Both the position numbers and the translations under genes were made by a program. Source: Nitrospirota bacterium (GTDB lineage: Bacteria; Nitrospirota; UBA9217). From it: a stretch of DNA of 64,000 nt. Under the pieces are notes generated by a model. That model did no database searches. It had not been told where the DNA came from and worked only from the letters and a program-made list of their open reading frames with translations. The first letter of the stretch is position 1. Each line of letters starts with the position of its first letter. This document shows, in pieces, positions 18,564 to 31,193 of the stretch. The stretch is taken from NCBI GenBank assembly GCA_963796285.1, contig CAWCKW010000012.1:576001-640000 (forward strand), read 5' to 3'.

Positions 18564-19995
18564 ATGGCGATTGAAAAAATAAAATTCGGGACCTCGGGCT
18601 GGCGCGGCGTGATAGCGGATGATTTTACCTTCAGCAGAGTGCGCGCGGTCACTCAGGCGATCGCCGACCATCTTGCCGCTCAGGGGTTGAAGGACAAGGG
18701 AGTGGTCGTAGGATATGATACGCGTTTTTTGTCTGAGCGATTTGCCGCGGAGTCCGTCAAGGTATTTGCGGCAAACGGGATACGCTCGTTTCTCTCGAAC
18801 AGGGATGTCCCCACCCCGGCGGTCGCCTTCGACATCATACGAAGAAAGGCCGCGGGAGGTATCAACTTCACCGCCAGTCACAACCCTCCGGAATATAACG
18901 GCCTGAAATTTTCCTCGGCCTGGGGCGGTCCGGCCTTGCCGGAAGCCACGAAAGATATAGAAGTGCGGGCCAACGCTCTCATTGATAAAAATTCCATCAT
19001 GACCATGTCGCTGGTTGAAGCAAGGCAAAAAGGGATGGTGGAAGATGAAGACCTCCGCAAAGCCTATCTCGATGATCTGAGAAAAAAGATAGATTTTGAA
19101 CCAATCAAAAAAGCTAAATTGAAGATCGCTGTCGATCTGCTCTATGGTACGGGCAGGGACTATCTGGACAGTGCTCTCAGGGATTCCGGATGCGCGGTCA
19201 CGCTTGTGCATGGCCATCGCGATCCGCTGTTCGGCGGCCGTTCTCCTGAACCGTCCGAGGAAAATCTCGCCGAACTTGCTGAGACGATGAAAAAAGGACG
19301 CTTTGACATCGGTCTGGCGGTGGATGGAGACGCTGATCGTTTCGGGGTCATGGACCCCGACGGGACCTACATTAATCCGAATCAGGTCCTTGCCCTGGTC
19401 CTTGATTATCTTTGCCGTACCCGGGGCTGGAAAGGCGGCGCTGCGCGCTCCATTGCCACTTCTCATCTCATCGACGCGGTTGCGAAGAAGCATTCGGATC
19501 GAGGTGTATGAGACGGGCGTTGGGTTCAAATTTATCGGAGAATTGCTGGTGCAGGGGAAGATCATCTTTGGCGGCGAAGAAAGCGCTGGAATGACGATCA
19601 AGGACCATGTACCGGAAAAGGACGGCATCCTTGCCTGCCTTCTGGTCGCTGAAATGGTTTCAAGCGAACGAAAATCGATCAAAGAACTGCTGAAGAGGCT
19701 TTATAAAGAAGTGGGGGCCATTTTCAACGACCGGGTCAATATACGGCTTACGGAATCCAATCGAGCGCAGGTCTACACACGGCTCGGTCAGCCCCTGAAC
19801 GAGTTCGGCGGACTTCGCATCAAAGGCAAGAAGACCACTGCGGACGGGACCAAGTACATGCTTGAGGACGACAGCTGGGTCCTGATGCGCGCGTCGGGCA
19901 CTGAACCGGTGGTCCGAGTGTATGTCGAGTCATCGTCCGAAGAGAATTTAAAAGCATTAATAGAAGCAGGGAGGAAGTTCATTCTCGGGCAGTGA
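18564..19995 (+). CDS. Phosphoglucomutase/phosphomannomutase (one indel at ~19495)
   Basis: FGTSGWRG, TASHNP, DGDADR, GFKFI, GEES, RASGTEP. Confidence 0.94.
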
Positions 19996-20000
19996 GCCCA

Positions 20001-20058
20001 TTGCGGATTATGGAATGCGGATTTTAAATCCGAAATCTACAATCCGAAATCCGAAATT
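20001..20058. repeat. Period-7 inverted-repeat hairpin (TTGCGGA / TCCGAAA class)
   Basis: ttgcgga ttatgga atgcgga - tccgaaa tctacaa tccgaaa tccgaaa. Confidence 0.85.
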
Positions 20059-20063
20059 GATAG

Positions 20064-21482
<1,419 letters not shown>

Positions 21483-21484
21483 CC

Positions 21485-21877
21485 ATGGATCGACCTGCCT
21501 TCGAAATACTTGTTCAGAATTCCCTCCGAAAACTTCCCCGCAGGTTCAAACAGAAACTCGCCAACATCTCCGTTGAGATAGAAGACCGCCCTTCCCAGCA
21601 GCTCTTGAATGACATGGGAATACGGTCCGGTACGTTATTCGGTCTGTACCAGGGAGTACCGCTCACGAAGCGGGAATGGAATTACGGGAACATGCTTCCC
21701 GACAGGATCGTCATCTACCAGCACCCGATTGAGAGCGTTGCCGCATCGCCTGAAGAGATCGAAAAGATTGTTCAGGATACGGTGATCCACGAGATCGGCC
21801 ACTATTTCGGGTTTTCCGATAAGGAGTTGCGCGAAATAGAAGCTGTGAAAAGAAAGGATATGCAGAACAAGCGGTAA
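21485..21877 (+). CDS. Zincin-like metallopeptidase family protein
   Basis: LFGLYQGVPL, LPDRIVIY, HEIGHYFG. Confidence 0.88.
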   Translation: MDRPAFEILVQNSLRKLPRRFKQKLANISVEIEDRPSQQLLNDMGIRSGTLFGLYQGVPLTKREWNYGNMLPDRIVIYQHPIESVAASPEEIEKIVQDTVIHEIGHYFGFSDKELREIEAVKRKDMQNKR

Positions 21878-21894
21878 GTTGATAATTTCTCTAA

Positions 21895-22374
21895 TTATCG
21901 GTACAGCTTTACGATCTTCTCAATGATCCCCGTTGTTGATGCGCCTTCAATATATCCAACGCTGATCACCTTCCCGCCCCTGGCTTCAACAATATCCCGG
22001 CCGACGATCTTCTCGATCGGCCAATCGCCGCCCTTGACCAGCACGTCGGGTTGGAGCTCAGCAATGATCCGGTGCGGATCGGGTTCAGGGAACAGGACGA
22101 CGTAATCAACGGACTCGAGTGCCGCGAGCGTTTCCATGCGGTCCGCAGCGGCGTTGATCGGCCTCTTTTCCCCTTTGATCCCGCGTACGGAGGCATCGCT
22201 GTTCACGGCCACGATCAGGAGGTCGCCAAAGGATTTTGCTTTCGAGAGATAACGCGTGTGGCCGGTGTGGATCAGATCAAAACAACCGTTCGTAAAGACT
22301 ATTTTTTTGCCCGCTGCGCGGAGGATGCCGAGGAGAGGCTGCAATTCCTGGACGGTCTTTATTTTAGTCTGCAT
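21895..22374 (-). CDS. rfaE2: D-glycero-beta-D-manno-heptose 1-phosphate adenylyltransferase
   Basis: FTNGCFDLIHTGH, VNSDASV, KGEKRP, LVKGGDW, STTGII. Confidence 0.93.
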   Translation of the reverse strand: MQTKIKTVQELQPLLGILRAAGKKIVFTNGCFDLIHTGHTRYLSKAKSFGDLLIVAVNSDASVRGIKGEKRPINAAADRMETLAALESVDYVVLFPEPDPHRIIAELQPDVLVKGGDWPIEKIVGRDIVEARGGKVISVGYIEGASTTGIIEKIVKLYR

Positions 22375-22528
22375 GCGGAACTATAATATAAAAGCGAAAA
22401 GATTGCAAGGGGAGAGGAATCACAGGGGAGAGGAAGAGCAGGGGGAAATCGTGATCGAGGGAGCAGTTTCAGCCTGATATTGTTAATGCACCGGGTTCTT
22501 TCCGGATGATATCTTGTTCGCTGTGTAA

Positions 22529-23602
22529 TTAATCCTGGTGAAGAGAATATATCTCATCAAACAATGGGGCAATATCACGAAAGGCCTTCAATACCTCAGG
22601 GTCGAAGTGCTCCGGCATGGTTCTCCCGTCGCCTTGAGTAATGATCTTACAGGTCGTTTCATGGTCAAAGCCGGCCTTATACGGTCTCTTGCTGCGCAGG
22701 GCATCATACTGATCAACCAGCATGACTATTCTTCCCTCCATCGGGATCTGTTCTCCCTTAAGTCCTCTTGGATATCCTTTGCCGTCCCATCGCTCGTGGT
22801 GAGTAAGCGCTATGGATGCCGCAATCTGAATGCCGGGATAGGTCGATCCAGCCAGCATCTTTGCACCGATGGCAGAGTGTGTTTTCATGATCACAAATTC
22901 CTCGGAAGTGAGGGCCGCAGGTTTCAGAAGAATGCTGTCAGCGATGCCGATCTTGCCGAGGTCGTGCATAGGGCTAGCAAACGATATGGTCTCGACAAAG
23001 GATGACGGCATATCCATTGCCTCAGCGACCTTGTTTGAGTAGAGGCCGATCCTCGCGATGTGGAGGCCGGTGTCCGTGTCGCGGTACTCGGCAACGGCCG
23101 TCAATCGCTGGATGACCTCGTTGCTCATTTTTCTGACCATCGTCAGAGCGTCCGCCAGCTCCTGCGTCCGTATCCGTACCGTGTCTTCCAGCAGGCGCTT
23201 GTAATTCTTCTCCATTTTGAGGAAGCTGGTGTATTTGACCGCCTTTTCCACCGAGTGCACGAGATAGCTGGGATTATACGGCTTCGTGATAAAATCAAAT
23301 GCCCCGAGTTTGATCGCGTCTACGGCTATATCCAGTTCCGCGAACGCGGTCATCAGGATCACAGGGAGCTGTTGATCATAGGCGTGAATTTTTTGGAGGA
23401 GCTCGATACCGGTGATCTGAGGCATCTTGATGTCGGTCAAGACCACGTCGAAGGCGATCTTCTCGATCATGGCCATGGCATCAATCGAATGTTGACACGC
23501 GTACACTGTATAGCTGTACTCTTTTAACAAAGTTGAAATGGATTCAAGCACATAAGCGTCGTCATCGACAATGAGCAGCGTGTTATTTACCTTGTCGTCC
23601 AT
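22529..23602 (-). CDS. Response regulator with HD-GYP cyclic-dinucleotide phosphodiesterase domain
   Basis: REC (VDDD..TDIKMP..KP) plus [29 protein letters not shown]. Confidence 0.93.
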   Translation of the reverse strand: MDDKVNNTLLIVDDDAYVLESISTLLKEYSYTVYACQHSIDAMAMIEKIAFDVVLTDIKMPQITGIELLQKIHAYDQQLPVILMTAFAELDIAVDAIKLGAFDFITKPYNPSYLVHSVEKAVKYTSFLKMEKNYKRLLEDTVRIRTQELADALTMVRKMSNEVIQRLTAVAEYRDTDTGLHIARIGLYSNKVAEAMDMPSSFVETISFASPMHDLGKIGIADSILLKPAALTSEEFVIMKTHSAIGAKMLAGSTYPGIQIAASIALTHHERWDGKGYPRGLKGEQIPMEGRIVMLVDQYDALRSKRPYKAGFDHETTCKIITQGDGRTMPEHFDPEVLKAFRDIAPLFDEIYSLHQD

Positions 23603-23805
23603 CTATTTATGACCTTCCTGGAGAAGTGCGCGGCCGCCTCTCCAAATTCCAATCTTGGAATAGTATAGCGGAAATATTCAACAAATGCCAATTCTTCTCA
23701 TTATAGCAAATATTCTCTTCCCTATGGCGGTAAATATTTGGTATAATCTGCGCAACTACGGTTTCATGAATCCCTCTATTAAATGAACCGGACAAGGAGC
23801 ATACC

Positions 23806-25568
23806 ATGGCGGTTGGGGATGTAAAAAAAAGGATCGGTGAGATGCTTGTTGCCGGAGGGCTGATCAAGGAAGAGCAGCTTATGCGGGCGCTTGAAGAACA
23901 GAAAAAGGGGGGGGGAAGGTAGGCGAAATTCTCGTGGACCTGGGATTCATCAACGAGCATATGATGGCAACATTCCTCGCCCGGCAGCTTCATCTCCCGT
24001 ACATAGAAATCGATAAACAGCTGGTAGACACCGACAGTGTAAGGATGATTCCAGCTGAAATGGCGAGACGCATCACGGCAATTCCGTTGTACAGAGACAA
24101 GGAAGCGCTGGTCGTGGCCATGGCGGATCCGCTGAATATCTTCGGCCTTGACGACATGCAGAAGGCAGCAGGCAAAGAGATCCGGAAGGTCGTTGCCACA
24201 CGGAGCGACATCCAAAAAGCTATTTCCAGCTATTATGGCATGGGGCATACCATCGATGCGGCGACCATGGATTTTGCCGGCGAGACGGGCACCGCTTTAG
24301 CAGAAGCTGTGGAGATGACCGGCGTCACGTCAGAGGACGCGCCGGTGGTCAAGCTGGTGAGTATGCTGATTGCGCAGGCCATCATCGACCGTGCCAGCGA
24401 CATCCACATCGACCCGGAAGGGAAATCCATCAAGGTGCGTTACCGGATCGACGGTGTGCTGATCGAGGTAAGGACCCTGCCGCGGGAGTTGCATGCACCA
24501 ATCGTCTCCCGCATAAAGATCATGGCAAATATGGACATCTCGGAAAGGCGCGTACCGCAGGACGGACGTTTCCAGGCACGGATCACGCATACCGAAACCG
24601 GCCCGGTCGTGACCGCCGTGTTTCGCGAGCGGAGCGTCCTGCGTATTGTTGATGAAGGCTCGACGGTGGACATCCGTGTTTCGACCCTGCCGGTCATTCA
24701 GGGAGAAACGGTTGTAATGCGCATCCTCGACCGCTCACGTATTATCCTGACCCTCGAGGGACTGAATTTCTCCGCGGATATGCTCGATAGGTACCGCAGA
24801 CTCATCACAAAGCCTTATGGCATGATCCTGGTCACGGGACCGACGGGAAGCGGGAAAACCACGACGCTCTATGCAAGTCTCAACACCATCGACCGGAAGG
24901 CGAACAATCTGGTTACGATCGAGGACCCTGTCGAGTATCAGATCATGGGGGTGAACCAGGTCCAGGTCAATGCCAAGGCGGGTGTGACTTTCGCCAGCGG
25001 CCTGCGTTCCATTCTGCGGCAGGACCCTGATATCATCATGGTGGGTGAGATCCGCGACCGGGAGACGGCCGAGATCGCCATCCATGCGGCGCTTACCGGG
25101 CATCTGGTCTTCGCGACGCTCCATACAAATGACGCGGCCGGCGCCGCTACCCGGCTCATTGATATGGGCATTGAACCGTTCCTTATTGCTTCTTCAACGC
25201 TCGCGATTCTCGGGCAGCGTCTTGCGCGGAAGATCTGCGACCGTTGTAAGAAACCCTATCCCGCGACCCCTGATCTGCTCAAGAGCCTCGGCATTGCGAC
25301 CGGCAATGTGACCTTTTACCGGGGTGAAGGGTGTCCTGCGTGTAAGAAAACAGGGTACCAGGGCAGGGTCGGTCTCTATGAGTTGATGGATATGACTGAA
25401 GCGGTCAGGGAACTGATCATTTCCAAGGCATCAAGCTCTGCCATAAAGACCACGGCCTCGCAGTCAGGATTCAAGACCCTGCGCCAGGAAGGCCTGGTCA
25501 AAGCCGCAGCCGGATTGACCACGGTGGAAGAGGTGCTCAGGGTTACGCAAGAGGCGGAAGGGATCTAG
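23806..25568 (+). CDS. GspE/PilB-family assembly ATPase with N-terminal MshEN domain (frameshift in G9 run at 23907-23915)
   Basis: AAGGAG RBS; RIGEMLVAGGLI...QL.RALEEQ; ASDIHI, PQDGR, GPTGSGKT, TIEDPVE, LRQDPD, CxxC pairs. Confidence 0.9.
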
Positions 25569-25570
25569 CA

Positions 25571-25680
25571 ATTGCGGATTTCGGATTGCGGAATGCGGAT
25601 TGTGGAGCGCGGAGCGCGGTAAAAAACAACCGGTTTTTATTGTTTTTAAATCCGCAATCCGAAATCTGCAATCCAAAATT
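25571..25680. repeat. Period-7 inverted-repeat hairpin between convergent genes
   Basis: ttgcgga tttcgga ttgcgga atgcgga ttgtgga gcgcgga gcgcgg ... tccgcaa tccgaaa tctgcaa tccaaaa. Confidence 0.9.
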
Positions 25681-27401
25681 TATCTGATATACGCTTCCGT
25701 CACATATCTTCGCATCATGCGGTGGCTGTTGAAGTAGTAGGCGTTCTTGCTCACGGCATTCTTCATCATCGTGCTCCACTTGCTCTTGTCGGAGTCGTAG
25801 TATTTTGGAATGATCAGATTTTCCAGCTTATGGTAGAGGTCTGCTGCATCCTCGGCATCCGACGTGCCGGGCTGTGATTTCTCGGTCGGCATCGCGCCGA
25901 TGGACCAGCCGGTGAACCCTTCGATGTGGCCTTCGATCCACCACCCGTCCAGCACGCTGAAATTCACCACACCGTTATGTGCCGCTTTCATGCCGCTGGT
26001 ACCCGAGGCCTCAAGCGGCCTGAGCGGTGTGTTCAGCCACACGTCCACACCCGAGACAAGCTTCAGCGCGATGTCCATGTCATAGCCAGGGAGGAAGGCG
26101 ATGGCGATCTTTCCCTTGAGCTTGTCCCGATATGCGTAGATGCCCTGGATCAGCCGCTTGCCGTTGTCATCCTGGGGATGCGCCTTCCCCGCGTAGATGA
26201 TCTGGAGCTTGCCCCTATCATTGATTTTCAATAAGCGATCGATATCGGAGAACAGGAGGTGTGGCCGTTTATACGCTGTGGCTCGTCGTGCAAAGCCGAG
26301 GGTAAGGGTGTTCGGGTCCATGACCACTCCTGTGGCCTCGCCGACGTAGGTGAGCAGTTTTTTCTTTGCTTCGCGGTGCGCGTCCCACATCTCCAACTCA
26401 GGGATGTTGCCTGAACGGACGAACAATTCCGGCTCATTGGCCCATCCGGGGATGTATTTATTGAAGAGGTTCGCCATCTCTTCGCAGGTCCAGGTGAAGG
26501 TGTGTACCCCGTTCGTAATGGCGTGAATATGATAACCAGGGAACATTTGCTGCGAGACCTCGCCGTGCTTCTTCGCCACCCCGTTGATGTACTTGCTCAG
26601 GTTGAGCGCAAGCATTGTCATGTTCAGGTTGTCCTTGCCGGCGAGGTCCCTGAGCACGTCGAACGGAATGATCTCGCCGAGCACCTGCTTGACGAGGGGA
26701 TAGGGGAACTTGTCGTGGCCCGCCTCCACGGGGGTGTGGGTGGTAAAGACGCAGAGGTCCCGCACCCTGCCAACGTCCCAGACGGACCGCTCGTCCCATA
26801 CGCTCTCGATGTCGCGTTTGAACCGGAGCAGCAGCTCGAGCGCCAGAAAACTGGCGTGCCCCTCGTTCATGTGGAATTTTTTTATGTGAAAATCAAGGGC
26901 CTGGAGCATGCGCACACCGCCCATGCCGAGCACGACCTCCTGCTTGATGCGGTAGGTGCTGTCCCCACCGTAGAGGTGATCGGTCAGGCGCCGGTCCTCC
27001 GTTGCGTTCTCAGGCAGGTCCGTGTCCAGGAAGAGAATAGGTACTTTGCCTCCGGTGGGGCTGATGACGAGATACATCCAGGATTGAATATAGACGTCCC
27101 TTCCCTCGATATGCACCTTGACCTTAGCGGGCAGAAGCGTCATATATTTTGCCGGGTCCCATACAACGGGTTTTTCCTTCTGCCAACCGTTCGCGTCGAT
27201 GTCCTGATTGAAGTAGCCCTTGTGCGTGATCAGCGTCACGGCTACGAGAGGCAAATCGAGGTCTGCGGCGGATTTGATGGTGTCGCCGGCCAGGATCCCG
27301 AGGCCGCCGCTGTAGGTTGGGATATCATTCTTCACGCCGATCTCCATGGAAAAATAGGCGATCATGGGTTCGGCAATAAAATCGTTCAGTCCGTTGTTCA
27401 T
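25680..27401 (-). CDS. glgP: Alpha-glucan (glycogen) phosphorylase
   Basis: AYFSME, YSGGLG, HMNEGH, ARRATAYKR, EASGTSGMK PLP site, DGWW. Confidence 0.95.
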   Translation of the reverse strand: MNNGLNDFIAEPMIAYFSMEIGVKNDIPTYSGGLGILAGDTIKSAADLDLPLVAVTLITHKGYFNQDIDANGWQKEKPVVWDPAKYMTLLPAKVKVHIEGRDVYIQSWMYLVISPTGGKVPILFLDTDLPENATEDRRLTDHLYGGDSTYRIKQEVVLGMGGVRMLQALDFHIKKFHMNEGHASFLALELLLRFKRDIESVWDERSVWDVGRVRDLCVFTTHTPVEAGHDKFPYPLVKQVLGEIIPFDVLRDLAGKDNLNMTMLALNLSKYINGVAKKHGEVSQQMFPGYHIHAITNGVHTFTWTCEEMANLFNKYIPGWANEPELFVRSGNIPELEMWDAHREAKKKLLTYVGEATGVVMDPNTLTLGFARRATAYKRPHLLFSDIDRLLKINDRGKLQIIYAGKAHPQDDNGKRLIQGIYAYRDKLKGKIAIAFLPGYDMDIALKLVSGVDVWLNTPLRPLEASGTSGMKAAHNGVVNFSVLDGWWIEGHIEGFTGWSIGAMPTEKSQPGTSDAEDAADLYHKLENLIIPKYYDSDKSKWSTMMKNAVSKNAYYFNSHRMMRRYVTEAYIR

Positions 27402-27452
27402 ACGTCTCCTTTAATAATAAAAATTCGAAACTATTCAGGCTGATCACACAAT

Positions 27453-27605
27453 GCCAAGAATACGCCACAATGGCCGCGAAGAGGCACACTGAGCTTCGCG
27501 GAAAAAGCTGACAATATTTCTGGCTTTAAGCCAATAGACTTCATTGTTATCGATTAACAATGTATGCCTGTGCCTGCTTCAGCGGTGTTTGTCCGGGTTG
27601 TCGGG
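27453..27605. repeat. Degenerate copy of the ~150-bp MITE-like element
   Basis: Shares gaaaa-gct..caa....tctgg..ttaa.cca core and gtccgggtt end with the 32505 and 33783 copies. Confidence 0.5.
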
Positions 27606-27606
27606 C

Positions 27607-28392
27607 TTAATCGAGCCGGATCCTGTTCGGCCAGGTGTAGATGTTCATCCGCTCTCCGCGGGCAAATCCCACGAGGGTTATCCCCATGTCCTCGGCATAA
27701 CTGATGGCCATGCACGAGGGTGCGGCCCTGCTGATCAGGATGGGAAATCGGTTCCTGCCAGCTTTTGTCACGATCTCCGATGTTACCCTGCCGCTGGTGA
27801 GCAGGATCTTGTTCTCCACCGGGACCGACTGGAGAAACGCCTTCCCGATAAGTTTGTCCACGGCATTGTGTCTGCCGATATCCTCGGAAAAGAACAGGAT
27901 GTCTTTCCCGTCCGAGAGCGCCGCACTGTGCACACCGCCGGTCTCAAGATAGAGGGATGAGATATTCCTGAAAGTTTTAAGCAGATTTTTGATGTCATCC
28001 AGGGCTACCATCACTCCGGTAACATCTATTCTTTGGTCCGCGTACATCCGGTAGCTGGTGAAGGTGATGCCTTTGCCGCAGCCCGAAGAGATGGTTCGTT
28101 TCTCGAACATCTTTTCCCAGCCCGTTGGAAGGTCCGATAGATCGATCCGTATGGCGGCGTCCTTCTCAATAACCTCCAGCTTCTTGATCGCTGATTTGTC
28201 CTGCAGCAGGCCTTCGGACAGAAGGAACCCCACCGCGAGTTCCTCGAGTTCGGACGGTGTGCAGAGAAGCGTCACGAGCTGCTCATTGTTCAGAATGAGC
28301 CTGATGGGGAGTTCAGACGCTACTTCATCGATAGTTCCTTCGACGGATGTGCCCGAAACCTTCAGTATGAGCGCCTCCCGCTTCGTTTCCAC
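27607..28392 (-). CDS. fdhD: Formate dehydrogenase accessory sulfurtransferase
   Basis: LAVGFLLSEG, SSGCG, TGGVHSAA, EDIGRHNAVDK, TSGR, GFAR; GTG start behind TTGCCC-17-TATAGT. Confidence 0.93.
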   Translation of the reverse strand: METKREALILKVSGTSVEGTIDEVASELPIRLILNNEQLVTLLCTPSELEELAVGFLLSEGLLQDKSAIKKLEVIEKDAAIRIDLSDLPTGWEKMFEKRTISSGCGKGITFTSYRMYADQRIDVTGVMVALDDIKNLLKTFRNISSLYLETGGVHSAALSDGKDILFFSEDIGRHNAVDKLIGKAFLQSVPVENKILLTSGRVTSEIVTKAGRNRFPILISRAAPSCMAISYAEDMGITLVGFARGERMNIYTWPNRIRLD

Positions 28393-28616
28393 GAAAGGAC
28401 TATAACATAAACAGGCCCATGGGGCAAGAGTTGAGAGTGAATGGGTTGAAGCGAATGAGTTCGTTGTCCGGCGATCGAAGGTGGGAGACAGATCCTCTGG
28501 ATTTGTCACGCTTACTGTCTCATGACCAATCATTTCGGGATGGTCCGGCTACCTTGCGACGGATGGTAAGACTTGCCCCTTAAGACTCCATGGGAATTGA
28601 GCAAAGGACATTTCAA

Positions 28617-28645
28617 TTGACCTCACCTGCTCATGCGTGTATAGT
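28617..28645 (+). promoter_or_regulatory. Sigma70 promoter
   Basis: TTGACC-17-TATAGT upstream of 28678. Confidence 0.6.
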
Positions 28646-28677
28646 ATCCCGGAATATTTGCGCGAAAGAAAAACTGC

Positions 28678-29652
28678 ATGAAAAACATTCTGTCTTTGCC
28701 GGTACTCCTCATTCTCTTCACAACGACTTCATTCGCCGGTCCTTTCGAGGGGCCTCTCATCATCAAAAACGGGCATCCTCTCTATGTTGCTATTGGAAGC
28801 CCGTCTCTGATGTCGGCCGAATCTGAAAACAATCTTGATATCAACTTCTCTTATTCAAGTACCTATCGCGTAAAGAGATCGAATGACTGGTATTTCGGTA
28901 TTGATCTTGAAACAGCTATTACGGATATTCAACTTAAACGGTTGGTGGGAAAAGAGACTGAGATCGGGCTCGATATCCCGATTATCAGGTACGGTCCTGG
29001 TTTCATGGACGGCGCCATTGGTACCTACCACGATTCAATAGGGCTACGCAACGGTTATAATAGAAACGACCGGCCACGAGATCAATTCCTTCTTCAAATA
29101 ACACATAACGGTGAAATAGTGATCCAAGGTGAGCCAGGGAAAACGGCCTTGGGCGATATCATGGTCGAGGTTAAACAAGCACTATACGATAATCGCGCAT
29201 CAACCATCATCAGCCTGCAAGCGTTTCTGAATGTTCCGACAGGTGATGCTGATTCGGCATTTGGCAGCGGGAAAGCAAACGGGGGAATGGCCGTGCTCAT
29301 CAACGAGAAGTTGAGGAGCGACGTTATGCTGTATTTAAATGCCGGTATCGGTCTCATTGATAAGCTGGAGGCAATACAAGAAGTCAAGCTGAGGAACTAT
29401 TATTACGGCGGAGTGGGTTTGGAATGGCTGTATTCAAAATCGATATCTCTCAATGCGCAGATATTTATCCAGAGTTCTCCCTTTCCCAAAAGCGGAGTAT
29501 ATTTTATTGACTATCCCTCAATGTTAGGCAGCTTCGGCGGTAGATACAAGGTCGATGCTCTGTCATCAATTGGTATCGCCGTGACTGAGGACCCGGATAC
29601 CGCCGGTGCTCCGGACATCATGATAGGCGCTGATTATCGTTATCAATTTTGA
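28678..29652 (+). CDS. Outer-membrane beta-barrel protein (DUF3187-like)
   Basis: Signal peptide, alternating beta-strands, GFMDGAI..YH, PTGD...GSG, TED, terminal YRYQF. Confidence 0.75.
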   Translation: MKNILSLPVLLILFTTTSFAGPFEGPLIIKNGHPLYVAIGSPSLMSAESENNLDINFSYSSTYRVKRSNDWYFGIDLETAITDIQLKRLVGKETEIGLDIPIIRYGPGFMDGAIGTYHDSIGLRNGYNRNDRPRDQFLLQITHNGEIVIQGEPGKTALGDIMVEVKQALYDNRASTIISLQAFLNVPTGDADSAFGSGKANGGMAVLINEKLRSDVMLYLNAGIGLIDKLEAIQEVKLRNYYYGGVGLEWLYSKSISLNAQIFIQSSPFPKSGVYFIDYPSMLGSFGGRYKVDALSSIGIAVTEDPDTAGAPDIMIGADYRYQF

Positions 29653-29668
29653 AGACCGGCTCCAACTC

Positions 29669-30057
29669 ATGAAAATGGGAAGGGCTTTCTCGAAAACATC
29701 ATCGCCCTCTACATACAGGATGCTACGGTCTACCGGTTTATCCCCGACATGCTGGGAGACGAGAATATGCGCGTGCGGCTCGGGGCCGCGGCGCTCGTGG
29801 AGGAGTTGGTTGATGAACACTGGAATGGGCTTCAGATAACGGTCTCGGGGCTCATAATACTCCTGTGGCATGAGAGCCTGACTATGCGGGGAGATGCCGC
29901 CTCGGCGCACGGTATTATCAAAGACCCGTCGGTTGTTGACGTGCTGCAAGCGTGCCTGCGTGATACACTCCGGGCGTTTGTGAGGCCGTTAGAGATGCAT
30001 TGTCGGAATGAAGCATCTCAGGGGACGGCCTGCGGCCAATGCAAACCAAAGCATTGA
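29669..30057 (+). pseudogene. Degenerate HEAT-repeat protein
   Basis: GFLENIIAL...IPDMLGDENMRVRLGAAALVEEL...MRGDAA; broken start and drifting C-terminus. Confidence 0.5.
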
Positions 30058-30175
30058 ACTAATCGTCTACGCGGTTCCGAGCCAACTAAGCAGTCAAGGG
30101 GAAATAAAACTCTTGCAAGAATTTATCCATAAGCCTTGATGCTGCAGGGTCAGAAGACAGTACCTCGTTAGAAGC

Positions 30176-30205
30176 AAAAAACCCCCGGTACGATACCGGG
30201 GGTTT
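30176..30205 (-). terminator. Rho-independent terminator
   Basis: AAACCCCCGGTA-CGA-TACCGGGGGTTT with A-tract giving a U-tract on the - strand. Confidence 0.85.
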
Positions 30206-30235
30206 CAGAAACGAGAGGAAACAGGATGCCGTGAT

Positions 30236-31030
30236 TTAGAAGCTGACTCCCACTTCGATGAAGGGGCCGCCGAACTTGATATCAGCATTCACATCGGATA
30301 CCTGATTAGATGCGATCTTAATTTGCTCCGCACGGTAACCGGCGCTGATGTAGAGAGGCCCGATCGGCATGATTTTCAACATACCCATATAATCGTAGAA
30401 GTGACTGTCGCCGATGGCGATGCCTCGTACTTCGGCTTCAATGCTTAACATCGAGATCGGCTTCACCCGGACTCCCACGTAGATCATCGGGATCGCAAGC
30501 GTTTTGCTGATGGACGCGGTTTTCCTGATCCCGGCTGCATTGCCCGTTATTTCTCCATCAAAACTGATGATCTTTGCGTTCAGGCCCAGCTCAACGTTGA
30601 GCACGCCTGCTGTCGCGGTCTTCAACACAGGGATCGGATAAAATAATGCCACATCATAGTGGTCCAGCTTGATCTTGGATTCGAGCGACGTGTTGGCATC
30701 GAAATGTACGTCACCGTATGTGAAACTTTGGGTCTTTTTTCCTGTCCCGTCAAACGACATGGGAGTGTACATGGCATAGATATTCGGCAGGATCAACGGA
30801 AGTTCGGCCTTTATGCGGACAAAAGGCCGGTTTTTGCTGTCTAAGTTCAGGTCGTCTTTGAGGTCAAGCGTGTCACTCGCCGCAGTTCCCTTATATGCCA
30901 ATGTTCCTGACGGTGTCTGCCTCCAGTAACCCACACCGGCGTCCAGGCCGATGAATGCAAAGGCACGGTAAGGGACAACGAGCATCGCAAGGACGAACAA
31001 ACAGACTACATAGCTACGAATGCTTTTCAT
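30236..31030 (-). CDS. Outer-membrane beta-barrel protein (TIGR04219-like)
   Basis: Signal peptide AFA, G.GYW..TPSG, P..LPNI, IPMIY, GYR, GPF...VSF terminal Phe. Confidence 0.8.
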   Translation of the reverse strand: MKSIRSYVVCLFVLAMLVVPYRAFAFIGLDAGVGYWRQTPSGTLAYKGTAASDTLDLKDDLNLDSKNRPFVRIKAELPLILPNIYAMYTPMSFDGTGKKTQSFTYGDVHFDANTSLESKIKLDHYDVALFYPIPVLKTATAGVLNVELGLNAKIISFDGEITGNAAGIRKTASISKTLAIPMIYVGVRVKPISMLSIEAEVRGIAIGDSHFYDYMGMLKIMPIGPLYISAGYRAEQIKIASNQVSDVNADIKFGGPFIEVGVSF

Positions 31031-31157
31031 TTTATCTTTCTCCTCTTGAAGTAGATTCTCTGGATCAGTTTAAACTTTTATAAACGTATCAAACAGCACC
31101 TGTTTTGTCAAGATTATTATAAAATCCTAATTTTACGCTTGACAGAACATGCAAAAT

Positions 31158-31184
31158 GTATTACAAAATTAAAAATCGTAACAC
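31158..31184 (+). promoter_or_regulatory. NikR operator overlapping the nikR promoter
   Basis: GTATTAC-N13-GTAACAC pseudo-palindrome just downstream of TTGACA (31139) and upstream of the RBS. Confidence 0.8.
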
Positions 31185-31193
31185 GGAGGTGCC

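Noticed and set aside
18357-19682. 441-aa minus-strand ORF and many similar long antisense ORFs
   Set aside because: Shadows of well-supported genes on the opposite strand in GC-rich DNA; no motifs
28421-28579. GGGGCAAG...CTTGCCCC-bounded region with small hairpins upstream of fdhD (possible Moco riboswitch or MITE)
   Set aside because: The fdhD promoter lies downstream of it, there is no Moco-RNA consensus, and the repeat is only 8 bp
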